The notes under the pieces: generated by a model | Told to the model about the DNA's origin: nothing | Database searches by the model: none | What the model saw: the letters and a program-made list of their open reading frames with translations, nothing else | Shown here: positions 44,384 to 61,629 of the stretch, piece after piece | Numbering within the stretch: position 1 is the first letter of the stretch | How the letters are laid out: every line of letters starts with the position of its first letter | Translations under genes and position numbers: made by a program | DNA from: the human T2T-CHM13v2.0 reference genome, Homo sapiens | NCBI RefSeq assembly: GCF_009914755.1 | Contig: NC_060930.1 | Reading direction: 5' to 3' (one strand) | DNA: 64,000 bases

Positions 44384-45009
44384 TATGATAAGTTCTGGTT
44401 CCATGCCCAACATAGTCTTTATGGATAAAATTTCTCCACTCGACCTTTCAGTTGCATGCAAGCCTTGTTGGGAATACGCTAACTACAAGCTCACTTCGCT
44501 CACTTCACGTATCTCTTTTTAATAGTACTTGGCTAGAAACCACAAAAGTTATTAGAACAGAGTTTATCCTGCATCTTAAAAATTACCTACAGCATAATAA
44601 ACAGGTATCCTAGAGACACATACATATGTATACACATATATTATTTGAATTACATATTCTTGATTCTAGGAATCTAGATAAAGAATAACTTTATAGAGTT
44701 GGCACCCTATTTAAAAAATACTAATAGAAAGCATCATTCATATAGACACTTAACTCGCATAATTCTGCAAGATAGGTACTTTCTTAATTAAAAGTAACCA
44801 AGATAAATGAAGTTTTCGTTGTCCTCATTCGTATCATCCTCTTTGATCACTCAATTTAATTATCCGCACCATACTGAAATAGATCTCACACTGTTTCATG
44901 CCCTGTTGACCTACTTCCTAGATTCAGGGTTGATAAGTAGTTGAAATTCAGGGTGCGAATTATAGCATCTTTATTATCTGTTTATATAACTCAAGATATT
45001 TGTTCCTAT

Positions 45010-45230
45010 TTGAGAAGCAGTATACAACAATGATTACAAGCAAATATTTGAATCCCAACCCCTTGACTTACTACTGGCATGACTTTGAGCAAGTAAACTA
45101 ATGTCACTTTATTTCAGGATTACCACATGTAAAATGGGCTTCATGCCTACTCACAAGGTCAAATGAAGTATGTATTGTATTAAATGTTTTGCGCAAATAC
45201 TGCCTCATCGAAAGCACCAGATAGTTACTA
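45010..45230 (+). mobile_element. MIR
   Basis: 'ttgaatcccaac..acttactactggcatgactttgagcaagt...tgtaaaatggg'. Confidence 0.7.
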
Positions 45231-45395
45231 GAGTTGCTATATTCTACTATAAGATTTGCCTATTATTTTGTTTGATTTGCATTCCACATCAATGCACACA
45301 TTTCAAAATTATCCAATGTGTCTGACGCTAAGATTCTGGTGTGGTTCATCCTCTCTGCTCACTGAGAAAGTGTTTTATTTAAAACACTGACTATT

Positions 45396-45816
<421 letters not shown>

Positions 45817-47166
45817 TTATGCATCTGAAGTAAAATATATATAGGTTAGTTGAGTAATAGGAGGCTCTTAGAGTGGACAATTGACATTAAGATCATACGA
45901 TTGAAAACATGAACTTTCTATTACATAGAATATACAAAATTCATAAAGAATAATATAAGCTTTTCACCAGATATTAAGGTGAATTTGATATGGGAATTCT
46001 ACAGTATAAGACAGACACAAAAATATAAACATTACAAAGAGTTTTTATTTTGATGTAATTTTTTCATAATATGCTATGACAATATTCAATAATAATTTTT
46101 AAAAGAATATTTCTGTGCGTATCTTTTTTTTTTATTTTAAACTATGCTGGTCATATGGATACGATGGTTTTGAAATCTAAATGGGACAGCAGCTTCCCCA
46201 GATCTCGCTCTCAGGAGAAATTTAAGGCTGTACTGGCACAAATAGCAGAGCTCAATACTTCTGCATCTCTGAGAAAGTTGGTGTGGCCACGCAAGGACAG
46301 CAAGCACTAATGAGAATCCCGCAGGGACAAAAGTTGAGCTTCCAAATCTTTTTTTTTTTTAATTTTACCTTGAAAATATGACATTTCAGAAGCTTCAGAC
46401 CACTTTTCTCAATTAGGCTTTTAGAGAATGTATGGTCTGAAGATGTTTACGTACATTAATACTGAGGGTGGAAATTTCAAGCTATTTTTGGAGTGAGTGA
46501 TGATTCGCCATTATCATCTGAAAAGAGCTCACATCCTAGTGATCCCTAGGGAAAAACGAATGGGCTGTGGAAAGTAGAGTTATAACCGCACCAAGGCAGT
46601 GTCTAAGTGTACTGAGACTGGTTTGCTTCCTTTCTCATCTGTTCAACTAAAGACTTCCATTCTCATGAGATTTAAACAGGCAACTTGGAGTGTTAAATAA
46701 TTTCTAAGAAATTATGTAAAAACACTCAGTTCTACAATTTGAAAGAAAGTCAAGCTACCATTCTAATTATTCATGTTATACATGTAGAAAAAAATTTTCA
46801 TTTAGAAAAAAAGTCTTTCAACTGATTGTTTATTGGCAATTTCAGCTATTTACTATTTCATTAAGCTATTGTACTGAGTTTATCATATTGATTACAATTT
46901 AAACTTAATTATAAATTGATTAATAAAAATATTTCTTGTGTGTCCTTGTTCCTTTGTGTTGAAATATATTAACAATTCAAACAAAAATTATTTCTAAAGC
47001 AATTCTGTTATTTAAATTAGGCAATGAAATTGTATTATTTAATAACAATGCAATGAACTTTGACTGTTTTATAATCTTCCAAGTACTCTCACATATTATA
47101 TTGCATCTGATTCTTATGTTAACTTTGTAGGATACGTATGTCAGTGCCATAGGTCTACAACAGTAG

Positions 47167-47590
47167 TGTTAAAAGAAAACTTCAGCCAAATTAAATTTAG
47201 CAGTGTATTTGAGCAAATAACAATTCATGAATTGAACAGCACTCAGAACCCAGAGTGGTATAGAGAGCTCCACCAAGTAATGTGGATAGGCAGTGTATAG
47301 AGATAAAAAGAAACTGACATACGGAACTATCCTGATTTGGTTACAGCTGGACATTTGTCATATTTGGGCATGGTGTGACAAGATGTTTGTTTTATATGGA
47401 CATATTCTGATTAGTTGACAACCTGTCAACCAATTGGCTGAAGCTTACCTGCAATAATCAGCTGAGATAGAGCTGTTTGTTACATCATGTTAGGTTGCAG
47501 TTTGCTTACATACTAAATTATGTTAAAGTTTGCTACATATGAATGCAAGATACAGAGGCAGCATTAGGACAAATTTAATTTGATTTAACA
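47167..47590 (-). mobile_element. MER57-family ERV1 LTR (3' LTR)
   Basis: Termini tgttaaaagaaaac...aaatttaatttgatttaaca; polypurine tract (plus-strand attctcccctttt) follows immediately at 47591. Confidence 0.8.
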
Positions 47591-47730
47591 ATTCTCCCCT
47601 TTTGGTCAGCCTTTTAATTTTGAGAGATTCACCAAAACTTTGGTTGTTGATGCCATTGTTTGTCACCATCATAATGGACTTGTTTAGTCTCAGTATGGAG
47701 TTCGAAATTCTTGAAGTCAGCTCAGCTGAG

Positions 47731-48186
47731 TCTTTCTTTCTTTCTTTCTTTTTTTTCTTTATTTCTTTTTTCTTTCTTCTTTCTTTCTCTCTCTTTCTTT
47801 CTTTCTTTTTTTCTTCTCTCTCTCCCTTCCTTCCTTCCTTCCTTCCTTCCTTCCTTCCTTCCTTCCTTCCTTCCTTCCTTTCTTTCTTCCTTTCTCTTTC
47901 TTCTTTCTTTTTGAGACAGGGTTGGCTTTATCAGTCTAACTGCTGAAGTACAGTGGTGTGATTATGGCCACTGCAACCTCTAATTCCTGGGCTCAAGTGA
48001 TCCTCCTGACTCAGCCTCCTAAATAGCTGGTACTAAAGGCACACATCATCTTTCCCAACTATTCTTTTTAAAAAATTTTTGCAGAGAATAAGGTTTTGCT
48101 ATGTTGCCCAGGCTGATCTTGAACTCCTGGCCACAAGCAATCCTTCCACCTCCCAAAGTGCTGAGGTTATAGGTGTGAGCCATTGG
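47731..48186 (-). mobile_element. AluJ with expanded (TTTC)n/(TTCC)n tail (47731-47912)
   Basis: Diverged antisense Alu body preceded by a long pyrimidine microsatellite. Confidence 0.9.
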
Positions 48187-48730
48187 TGAATGTTTCGTTA
48201 TGTTCTCTTCATGTTTTTGTTATTCTAACTATAGTGAGAACACTTGACTTATAAGGAAAGGCTGCAAGCAAGCATTTCAGACTCTTGAGAGGATAAAGCT
48301 CATCAGAAAAGCTATTATGATGGCTATTGGGAGGATGATACTAAAAGACTGACCTATACTCCTTAACAGGAGTCTCCACAAACTGAACTAGTTAAAATCA
48401 AATATATATATAAATGAGCGGGAAGAGAAATCTACCTGCTTTAGCCAAATAGCTTTTTTGTTGATTTAATACAGCTTAGTTACTACTATCTAACTGTCCA
48501 ACATATGTATCAAATGCAGTAGGAGGTATTTCCTATCACATGTACTCCCTGTGTTCAGACAACAGACAGTTCAAAGCAATACAATTATCTAAAGCAACTT
48601 TAGCAAGGGAATTTAAAGAAGTCTGCTGGGCAACTATAACATTTGCAGTGGAGTCAGCTATAGTAGCTAATATTTGAGAGATTTCTAATTATAAACCCAT
48701 TTACATTTATGTCAAGTCAAGGTAGTAACA

Positions 48731-51990
<3,260 letters not shown>

Positions 51991-54900
51991 CAATGAGAAC
52001 ACATGGACACAGGAAGGGGAACATCATACTCTGGGGACTGTTGTGGGGTGGGGGGAGTGGGGAGGGATAGCATTAGGAGATATACCTAATGCTAAATGAC
52101 GAGTTAATGGGTGCAGCACACCAGCATGGCACATGTATACATATGTAACAAACCTGCACATTGTGCACATGTACCCTAAAACTTAAAGTATAATAATAAT
52201 AATAATAAAAATAATAAGAGACTACCTAAAAAAAAAATAAAATAAAAAATGCCCATTTAGAAAGATTTATACCTGTTGGCAAATTGATCTTATTCCATAG
52301 TGCAAATTCGTAAGTTCAGACTAATGTCAGTTTCCAATTGGTTATGGAGTAACAGTGGCATTGTTAGAATTCCTAATACACATTGCCCCCTTCCTTTCCA
52401 CTTACGAGACTTGGGGTTGCCCACATGTATGGTTAAATGATCATTATGTTCTTAAGTCCTCCACAGACAAAAACATGTCCTGGAGGGGCACAACAGACAG
52501 TTCCTCATGGATTACCTTGTGCATTAGGAGTTACCAGTAGAAAAGCATTAGTCATGTTTATCTAAGGCTCCATTATTGAATCATTGCATGGTTGGAGGAT
52601 ACCGACAATTAAGGGATTAAGGTTATAAACCTGTCTACAAACTGTCCAATTATCCTTCTTTTGGTTTCCTTATTTAATTTCTGGTAAAATCTAACTGCAA
52701 AACCTTCACTAAAGGTTTTTTCTAGTGTCAGATTTAAACAAGAAGTCTGAATAGAAAAATCTTATAGCCTAATCCTATGGAAAGATCAGATATACTTGGA
52801 ATATCTGTAAAATTTGCTACAGTGTGAACCACTGAATCTCTAAGATCATGTAAGAATTTAGGTTTAACATGACATAACCAACATTCATTTAAGCTCCCTG
52901 TGGAAGCTATCAGTTGTAATATTAGTAATCATATTATCTTGCCATGAATAAACAGAGAATAAGCATACAGAAAATAGGAAAGAGGACAAAGGTTTCATAG
53001 TGACAGACAGAAGTCTTAAATCATGATTTTAGGAAAGCCATTTATCTGCTAACAGGATGCCATTTGTTTCTAGGGGAAAATCTTTGCTGACCAGCTTTAC
53101 CTTGAGGTCTCCAATGCGTGTATAGTCTTCAGAGTCTGGAGGAGTCCTCTTGAGTTAAGTTGATTGACATTGATGGCACAAGATCAGTCAACTCAATTTG
53201 AGCCAATACTTGAGGCCCTGAAGTTTTGCTACAGAGATGAACTTGGTATGCTCTTTTCCAAAGGGATTCAAGGGAAGTCCTTTTATAATGCTGTATCTGC
53301 AAGACCTAATCTACAGGTTCTAGATGATGAAAGGTCTGGTTTTCATTAGTTGGGGGATCACAAAGGGCTTATTTTACATGGGAAAAGTCTACTTTGGCAT
53401 AATGCATTAAATACCTGGAATATTGAGTCTTGTCAGATTTTATAAGAGCACGAGATACGTATGTTTCCATTATGAGAGGGCCAGGCCTTCCAGTAACTAT
53501 TTCATTAGAGGTCAATCTATGGTCCCTACTAGGAGTAGATCTTATTGCCATCAAAGTCAATGGTAATACCTTTGGCCAAGGCAATTCAGTTGATTCAGTT
53601 AGTATTGCCTGATGCCACTGAGTTTGTTGTAATACCTTATTTAATTGTTGTATAAAATTGTCCAAGAAAACAGGTTATTTTATTTCTGGAGATTTATCCA
53701 GGGGTACTCCAAAAAGAAAACACATTTTCTAATAACCTTTTTAGCTACTGATATAGCATTAGTCTATTTGCATGGAAAAGCTTCTATGCAATCAGAAAAC
53801 ATGCAGGGCAGGGCAGGGGCAATTGAATAAAATCCAACTATACGTGTTCAAATGATCCAGCAGATACTGGAAATGTAAAACCCGAGATTTTTTATTGTCT
53901 TATCAGAATATGGGTTTGATACTTGAAACATCAGTTATAAATCATCTCAGCAATTTTAGAACAGTCTCACTGCATCAGTTTTTTAAAATAATTTATATCA
54001 TTTTATCCACCCCACAATGAGTCATGGAGTGCAGAGCTCTTAGTAATGAAATCTTTAAGGACTCAGCAAGGGGCAGGCAGCAATCCAGGCTTTCCATGAG
54101 TCTGTGCTTAAAATTGATTTGCATCTTCTTAAATACCAGTTTTGTTTCTCCAATTTAGCTGCATACCATTACAAAACAATAGGTTATTATAGGGAATTTG
54201 AATGGGATCAATACTATGGAGTTGATTCAAATGGCATATTTAAACAATTTCAGTATTGGTTGACTTAGCCTGAGAATCTGCTAAAGCATTTCCTTGGTAT
54301 TCTTTTCTTGCTTGACATTGGTTAACAGTTTTCTGAAACCAATCAGAGTTCTGCAAATTCTTACCCGGTGTAATGGTATAATCATATTTCTAGGAATTTC
54401 ATGTAATTTCTGGAGCACATATTAATAGAACATCTACACAAATACAACTCAAAGAGAGTTTAGCATTATGTATTATTTCACAATGCTTCTCATATAATTT
54501 AATTTATCAGATAAGTTTAATTAGTTTAATATCTGTCTTTTCATAAGGAAAAATATCCTTTTGAGAAGTTTTGAGCACCCATCAAGAAAAACTCTAAGTT
54601 AATTAAAGATATAAAAAAGGTTTTAATACTGAATCTGATTTCGGGGAGTTTGTAAAACATACCAAGGGTTTAAGCACTTGATCAAAAGAGGATCACAGGC
54701 CACTGTGAACAACAGTCATTCCTGTAACCACAGTGATTATTTAAAGGCATGAGAAGCAAATTGAGAGAGTTACAGAGTTATAGAAAAACCTTAAGCTTTT
54801 TAAATAGAGAGGACTCAATCTTCTTAAGGAATCAAGAACCTAATAACGGCAACATAGAGCACAGAAAGTTATCTTGGTAAAACACAGAAACTTTATTTTC

Positions 54901-55869
54901 TAGGCCAATTACATAACAGGTAAATAAAAACCTTTCACAATTTTCTATTAAAAGACAATCCATACTTCAAAAAAAATTCTGGTTTTGACACAGAGGATCA
55001 TTTTCTAGTTTTGTGTCAGTGTGTCAAAATATTAATGCTCAATTTTTAGAAAAACTTATAAATAATTCCTTTTTAATCTTAACCAGCTTGATCACACTAA
55101 AATTCCTTTCAAAAGAGTTATTTTCCACAAATGTTCTTCAACTTTCTTATCCATTCAGTTTTTGTCCTATACTTTTCCTCTTCTTACTTTGGAACAAGTC
55201 ATTCTACTTTAGAACAAAAATTACTCTTTTTTCCTCATACAAAACATCCTAATACCTTATAGCTTTTTCTTACCAAAAGCACATCTTATGGTTCTTGCAT
55301 ACTTGCATATAAAGTTGTTTCCTTTATTATTCTGAGTAACGTTAGTTACATATGTTAATTAGAATTCTTAACCCTTACTGACCTTAATTGCCAGGGAACA
55401 CCAGGAAGCAAGCAATTGTGAACTGCATGTTCCATCAGCATTCTGCAGACTGGCAAATCTATGAACGACAATTTCTAGAAGTATGTGCTTTCTGTTAGTA
55501 CAATTTATCATTATGGCAAGCATATCCTCCCTGATAGTCCCAAATAACTTTAGTCTTTCTGTAATAAGAATCTGTAGAAGCAGCAAATTTTTATCTGTAT
55601 CTTTTTAGGTTTTCTGGCTAGGTTTGAAAATTAAACTGTTGTTTGTACAGAATTCTCTCAGCCTCAACTTTCCATTCTTGATAATAAGAATGTTAGAAGC
55701 TTCTAGTATAGGAAGGATATCTTTCCCATGCAAATTTTCTCTGACCTCTACCTATTTAAAACTCACTTGTTAACAATTTTGCTTGCATTACCTCTAATAT
55801 CACTTTAAAGTACATAAAGCCAGAAAATGACTACCTTTAAAGGAACGGTCCACAATTCCTAGGGGAAGA

Positions 55870-57760
55870 TTTTAATTTATTTCTATTGGTAATTGGTAGA
55901 ATTAGTGGACAGAAATTAGTAAGCATATTGATGATTTGAACAACATGATTAACAAGCTTGTCCTAATTTACATATATGATACACTGCATCCCACAACTGC
56001 AGAATACAATTTTTTCAAGTAAATATGGAATGTTTTCCAAATCTGACTGTATGTTGAACCATAAAGCTAATTGCAACAAATTCCAATAATTTTCAAATGA
56101 TCAAAATTATTTTAAAAATGATTATTAAAAAGGTAGTTATCTCAAGAAAAGCTAAACTTTAGATATTAATTAGTAACTAAAGGGAGAAATATAGAAACAA
56201 AGATGTTTATTGAAACAGGATGCACCCTAAAATGTGAAATGAACTCAAGCCATTGACTTTCCAGGGATGATTATTTTCTGGTGATTAGTACAGGAGACCA
56301 TGCTATTAGACCTTTAGAGAAGTAAATATAATTCTAGCATACTCTCTGTCCTGAAATTAAGATACTTTTCCATAATTAATATTATGTAAATTTTATTTTT
56401 TTTTGGATTTTAAGCTTTTTTTTTTTTTTTCCTTTAAGGGTTAAGCTATAGGTAAGCAGACTTAGTTATGGTTGCAAGACTAATGCTAAATGCTAACTTT
56501 CACAATATAAAGACAAATTTATAGCTAATAAATAATAGGATAATAAAGGGAGGAAGAAAGTTCAAAGAAAGATTAGGCTTATCAATATATCCTTAATATC
56601 AATACTAGAAAAAGAAAATTTTTTAAATTTTGAAAGAAAAGTAAAACTACAATAATGTAAATAGCATTTGTAAGTCAAAGGTTGAAAAAATAGAGTCTTT
56701 AGCTAATTTATCTTTTATTGTGTGAAATAATCAATAGTAAATTGATCTAGTATTTGCTCCAAGCTCTTTATTGTAATCATGAAATAAACCACCAAAAGAA
56801 CTCAAAGAGGAACAGAAAAAGAAAACCTTGGGAGATTACGAGTGGAGTTAACAAAAATGGGAAAAAATAGCTTCTTTCTATCCTATGTATGATTTGCTTG
56901 TGTGTGTGTAACACTCTATGAGAGAAATTCTAAAATAAATTTAAAAATATATATTTAGAGTAAAAATCATAGTGCTATGTCAGTATTATGGTCAAAATGG
57001 CATAGCCAAAACTCTTGGGTTAACATAGCAGGGAGGCTCACAATTAAATACAAATATGCCTCCAACAGAATGCTTAAAGTTAAAACAAAATGCTAATGCT
57101 GATAACACTAAGTCTAGGATGCAGAGTTACTGGAATTTTCATATCTTGCTGGTGGGAGTGTAAAGTGTTTCAACTGCTTTTGGAAACTATTGCACTTTAC
57201 AATAAAATTAAAATTACATTTAGCTTCCTGATCTATTTTTTTAGAGACATATGTCCAAGAGAAATAAATATACATGTACAAGAATGTTCTTACCAGCTTT
57301 ATTCATCATATCCCAAAACAGAAACAACTCAAATGCTTCTCGATAGGAGAATAAACAAATTGTAGTGTATTCATATAATGCAAAACTACTCAGCAATAAA
57401 GCATAATCAACTTTGGATACAAACAACACGATATGTTTCAAAAGCCTTATGGTGAGAGAAAGAAGTCATTAACAAAATAATGTATATTGCATTATTTCAA
57501 TTATATCAATGTCATAGACAGGCAAAACTATGATAATGGAAGTCAGATTCTTGATTGCTTCTGCGGACAAGGGGGTTGCTGACTGAAAAGCAGCCTGAGG
57601 AAACTTTCCAGAGCATTGGAAAGGTTCTGTACATTAATTCAGTGGAGAGTATATGGATGTGGAGATATATAAAATACCATTGGGCAGAACATGAGAGTTA
57701 AACATTATGCTTCACGTAAATCATACCTTAATGAATAAAGCAATGAAAAATAACAGGAAA
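55870..57760 (+). mobile_element. Ancient L1ME-like fragments (ORF2 EN region and 3' end)
   Basis: 'gatttgaacaacatgattaacaagcttg..cactgcatcccacaactgcagaatac'; 3'-end text 'gacaggcaaaacta..ggaagtcagat'. Confidence 0.7.
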
Positions 57761-57866
57761 AAATACCTTGTATTCATTAGGCATTGATTTGGTTGCTGGT
57801 ATGTGGGATATCCAAGAAATATTTAGTATTATTAACAGAAATGATCATTTCTAGAGTCTATAATAT

Positions 57867-58260
57867 GTATCGGTGAGGGCAGTTTCAGCTGCAAATGACA
57901 GAAAATTTGTTAAACACTGGATTAACAAATGATTTCGTTCACCTCACCTTCTGTGTAGTGTCACCAACAAGGCCAGGAGTCTGGGTTCCCATTATTATTT
58001 TCTCTCTGTGCCCCAACTAAATCACAGTTACAAAATGGCTGTGCAGTGCTGAACGCTGCTTCTGCATTTCAATTAGGAAGAGGAGAAACGATTCATTAAG
58101 GTCTGTCCCTTTTATTAGAAAATTAAGTGTTTCATGAATTCCTAGAACAGATTTCCCTTTACAAAGGTTGTTGGTAAGCAAGAATAACTTTAAGCCTCAA
58201 TGCTGGTGGCAGGAAGGGTGTTGGGATTAGGGAGAGCTATTCCATTAGCTAATGAACAGT
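57867..58260 (-). mobile_element. Ancient ERVL/MaLR LTR (LTR33/MLT1-like)
   Basis: 'tttcagctgcaaatgacagaaaa...caaaatggctg...tctgcatttc'. Confidence 0.45.
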
Positions 58261-59102
58261 ACAGACTATGGTATGTGATGTTTATTTATATAATTCTGTC
58301 TCATCAATCAAATCAGTTCGTCTAAGTTATCTACTGGGGGGATTTCAAATTCATGGCAGGCAGGGGCCACACAACACATTTCATCTGTTTTTCCCTACTT
58401 CATGTAAAATAAACAGGCAAATTTTCTCCATATTTGATTAACCTTCATCAAGATATTTTTTCATGTAACACTGAGAACATAATAAAAGACTTATCAGACA
58501 CCCCCACCCCCATTTCCAAATGAGTCTGCAGGTCCTCACTACAGTATGATTGCATTCAGCACACTGCTCCAGAGACACTGATGTTCCAGTCTGGAGGCTT
58601 ACACATGGGCTGAGTGGCTTTTCCTAAAGAAGATGTAAGCCACAAGTTTCACCATTAGATAACATCTGAGGTGTTCTTTTTTTTTTTTTCTCAACTCTGA
58701 GATTTTATTTTAAAAAATGTAAATTTTCAATTGAAAAAGAAAAACATAATGTGCCTTCTGACACACTATCATTCTAACTTTTCAATTCTAGAGACCTAAC
58801 TTCGGGTAATATAATGTCTCATGTCAAATAGAAACATTCTGACCTTCTGTTTTCTACATTAGAAAATGGCCTGACTGAGGAGAAGATTAAATGTGACATA
58901 CATAGGAAGGGGAGCCTGAAAGTTCTACTGAAGTTGAATAATGGGATTCTGGGCCCTCAGCTTATCTCTGGCTACTGTGTGGTACTGAATCAAGCATTCC
59001 CTTGGTTCTGCCCTCTGTGTGGTGCAGATTTTGGTACTGAATATGCTTCTTCATGAATATAACCAGAAATTTAATATACTATCAATTTAAGATATGCATC
59101 AT

Positions 59103-61394
59103 CACATTAGTCCATTTTCACACTGCTGATAAAGACATACCCAAGACTGGGTAATTTATAAAGAAAAAGAGGTTTAGTGGACTCACAGTTCCACATGGCT
59201 AGGGAGGCTTTACAATCCTAGTGGAAGGCAAAAGACATGTCTTACATTGCAGCAGATAAGAAAGAATAAGAACCAAGTGAAAAGGGAAACCCCTTAAAAA
59301 AACATTGAATCTCATGAGACTTATTCCCTACCATGAGAACAGTATGGAAAAAATCACTCCCGTGATTCAATTATCTCTCCATCTGTTCCCTCTCATGACA
59401 CATGGGAATTATGGGAACTACAATTCAAGATGAGATTTGGGTGGGGACACAAAGCCAAACAATATCATTCTGCCCCGGCCCCTCCCAAATCTCATGTCCT
59501 CCCGTTTCAAAACCAATCATGTCTTCCCAACAGTTCCCCAAAGTCTTAACTAATTTCAGCATTAACTCAAAAGTTCATATTCCAAAATCTCACCTGAGAC
59601 ACGGCAAGTCCCTTCTGCATTTGAGCCTTTAAAATCAAAAGCAAGTTAGTTACTTCCTAGATACAATGGGGGTACAGGCATTGGGTGAATACAGCCATTC
59701 CGAATGGGAGAAATTGGACAAAACAAAGGGAATACAGGCCCCATGCAAGTCCAGAACCCAATGGGGCAGTCAAATCTTAAAGCTCCAAGATGATCTCCTT
59801 TGACTCTGTGTCTCACATCTAGGTCACACTGTTGCAATAGGGGGGTTCCCATGGTCTTGTGGAGCTCCATCCCATGGCTTTGCAGAGTACAGCACCCCTC
59901 TTGGCTCCCTTCATGGGCTGGCATTCAGTGTCTGCAGCTTTTCCAGGTGCACAATGCAAGCTGTCAGTGGATCTACCATTCTGGGCTCTGGAGGATGCTG
60001 GCCCTCTTCTCACAGCTCCACTAGGCAGTGCCCCAGTGGGGACCCTGTGTGGGAGCTCCAACTCCACATTTCCCTCTTACACTATCCTAGTAGATGCTCT
60101 CCATGAGGGCTCCACCCCTGCATCAAACTTCTGCCTGGACATGCAGGTGTTTCCATACATCCTCTGAAATCTAGGTGGGGATTTGACACCTTCAAGAATT
60201 GACATCTACAAGTCAATTATTGACTTCTGTGTACACAGAGGCTGAACACCATGTGGAAGCTGCCAAGGCTTGGGGCTTGTATCCTTTGCAGCCATGGCCT
60301 GAGCTGCACCTTGGCCCTTTTTAGCCACAGCTGGATCAGCTGGGATGCAGGGTACCAAGTCCCTAGATTGCACACCACAAGGGAGCCTTGGGTCCAGCCC
60401 ACAAAACTATTATTTCCTCCTAGTCCTCTGGATCTGCCAAAAAAGTTTCTGACATGCCCTGGAGATATTTCCCCATTGTCTTGGTGATTAACATTGTGCA
60501 ATTTTTTGCAGCAGGCTTGAATTTCTCCCCAGAAAAATGAGTTTTTCTTTTCTATTGCATGGTCAGGCTGCAAATTTTTCACATTTTTATGCTCTGTTTT
60601 CTCTTGAACACTTTGCTGCTTAGAAATTTCTTTCACCCGATACCCTAAATCAACTTTGTCAAGTTCAGAGTTCCACAGATCGCTAAGGCAGGGGAAAAAT
60701 GCTGCCAGTCTCCTTGTATAGCAAGAGTGACCTTTACTCCAGTCCTCAACAAGTTCCTCATCTCCATCTGAGACCACCTCAGCCTAGACCTTATTGTCTA
60801 TCTCACTATGAGCATTTTGGTCAAAGCCATTCAACAAGTCTCTAGGAAGTTCCAAACTTTCCCACATTTTCCTATCTCCTGAGCCCTCCAAGTCTCTAGG
60901 AAGTTTAAAACTTCCCCACATTTATCTATCTTCTTCTGAGCCTTCCAAATTGTTCCAATCTCTGCCTTTTATCCAGTTCTGAAGTTGCTTCCACATTTTT
61001 GGGTATCTTTACAGCAGCACCCTACTTAACCAGTACCAATTTACTGTATTAGTCTGTTCTGTCACTACTAATAAAGACTGAGACTGGGTAATTTATAAAG
61101 AAAAGATGTTTAATGGACTCACAGTTCCACATGGCTGGGGAGGCCTCACAATTACGGCAGAAGGCAAAGGGGGAGCAAAGTCGTGTCTTACATGGTGGCA
61201 GGCAAGAGAGAAAAAACAGACAAGTGGAAGGGGAAACCCCTTATAAAACCATCAGATCTCATGAGATTTGTTCACTACAATGAGAACGGTATGGGGGAAA
61301 CTGCCCCCATGATTCGATTATTTTCTACCATGTCCGTTCCACAACACATGGGAATTATAAGTGCTACAATTCAAGATGACATCAAAATCATATA
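59103..61394 (-). mobile_element. Full-length THE1 (B/C-type): LTR 59103-59467, internal 59468-61044, LTR 61045-61394
   Basis: Two homologous LTRs ('gactgggtaatttataaagaaaa..ggactcacagttccacatggct'); typical THE1 internal; second LTR deleted near its end. Confidence 0.95.
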
Positions 61395-61629
61395 ATCATT
61401 CTTTTTAGGGATGTTTTCTAAAAGTGTGAGCTGGGCAAGTTTGCACCGTATTAAACTATGCCATAATTACAAATCCCTGAAGTGAATACTTCAGAAGCGA
61501 TCTAATTCATGTCTCTTACCATTTAAGACCATTTTAAGGGGCTGAATGTAAAGGGATTATTCATGATTGTCTTTTGCTGTCGTCCAAATATGCTTAGGAT
61601 GTGGTTGACAAAGTGGCTCATGATGTGGT

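Larger units (their letters stand above)
43641..44476. repeat. 55-bp inverted repeat pair (43641-43695 / 44422-44476), 53/55 match
   Basis: tattcccaacaaggcttgcatacaactgaaaggtcgagtggagaaatcttatcca versus tggataaaatttctccactcgacctttcagttgcatgcaagccttgttgggaata. Confidence 0.97.

Noticed and set aside
43523-44522. Two ORFs sharing DKISPLDLSV.CKPCWEY
   Set aside because: This is a by-product of the 55-bp inverted repeat read on opposite strands; there is no evidence of coding.
47602-47946. Hydrophobic F/L/S/P-rich ORFs
   Set aside because: They are translations of the (TTTC)n/(TTCC)n Alu tail.
55610-55865. Possible 5' LTR of the MER57 provirus
   Set aside because: It looks LTR-like but shows no visible similarity to 47167-47590, so it is left unassigned.
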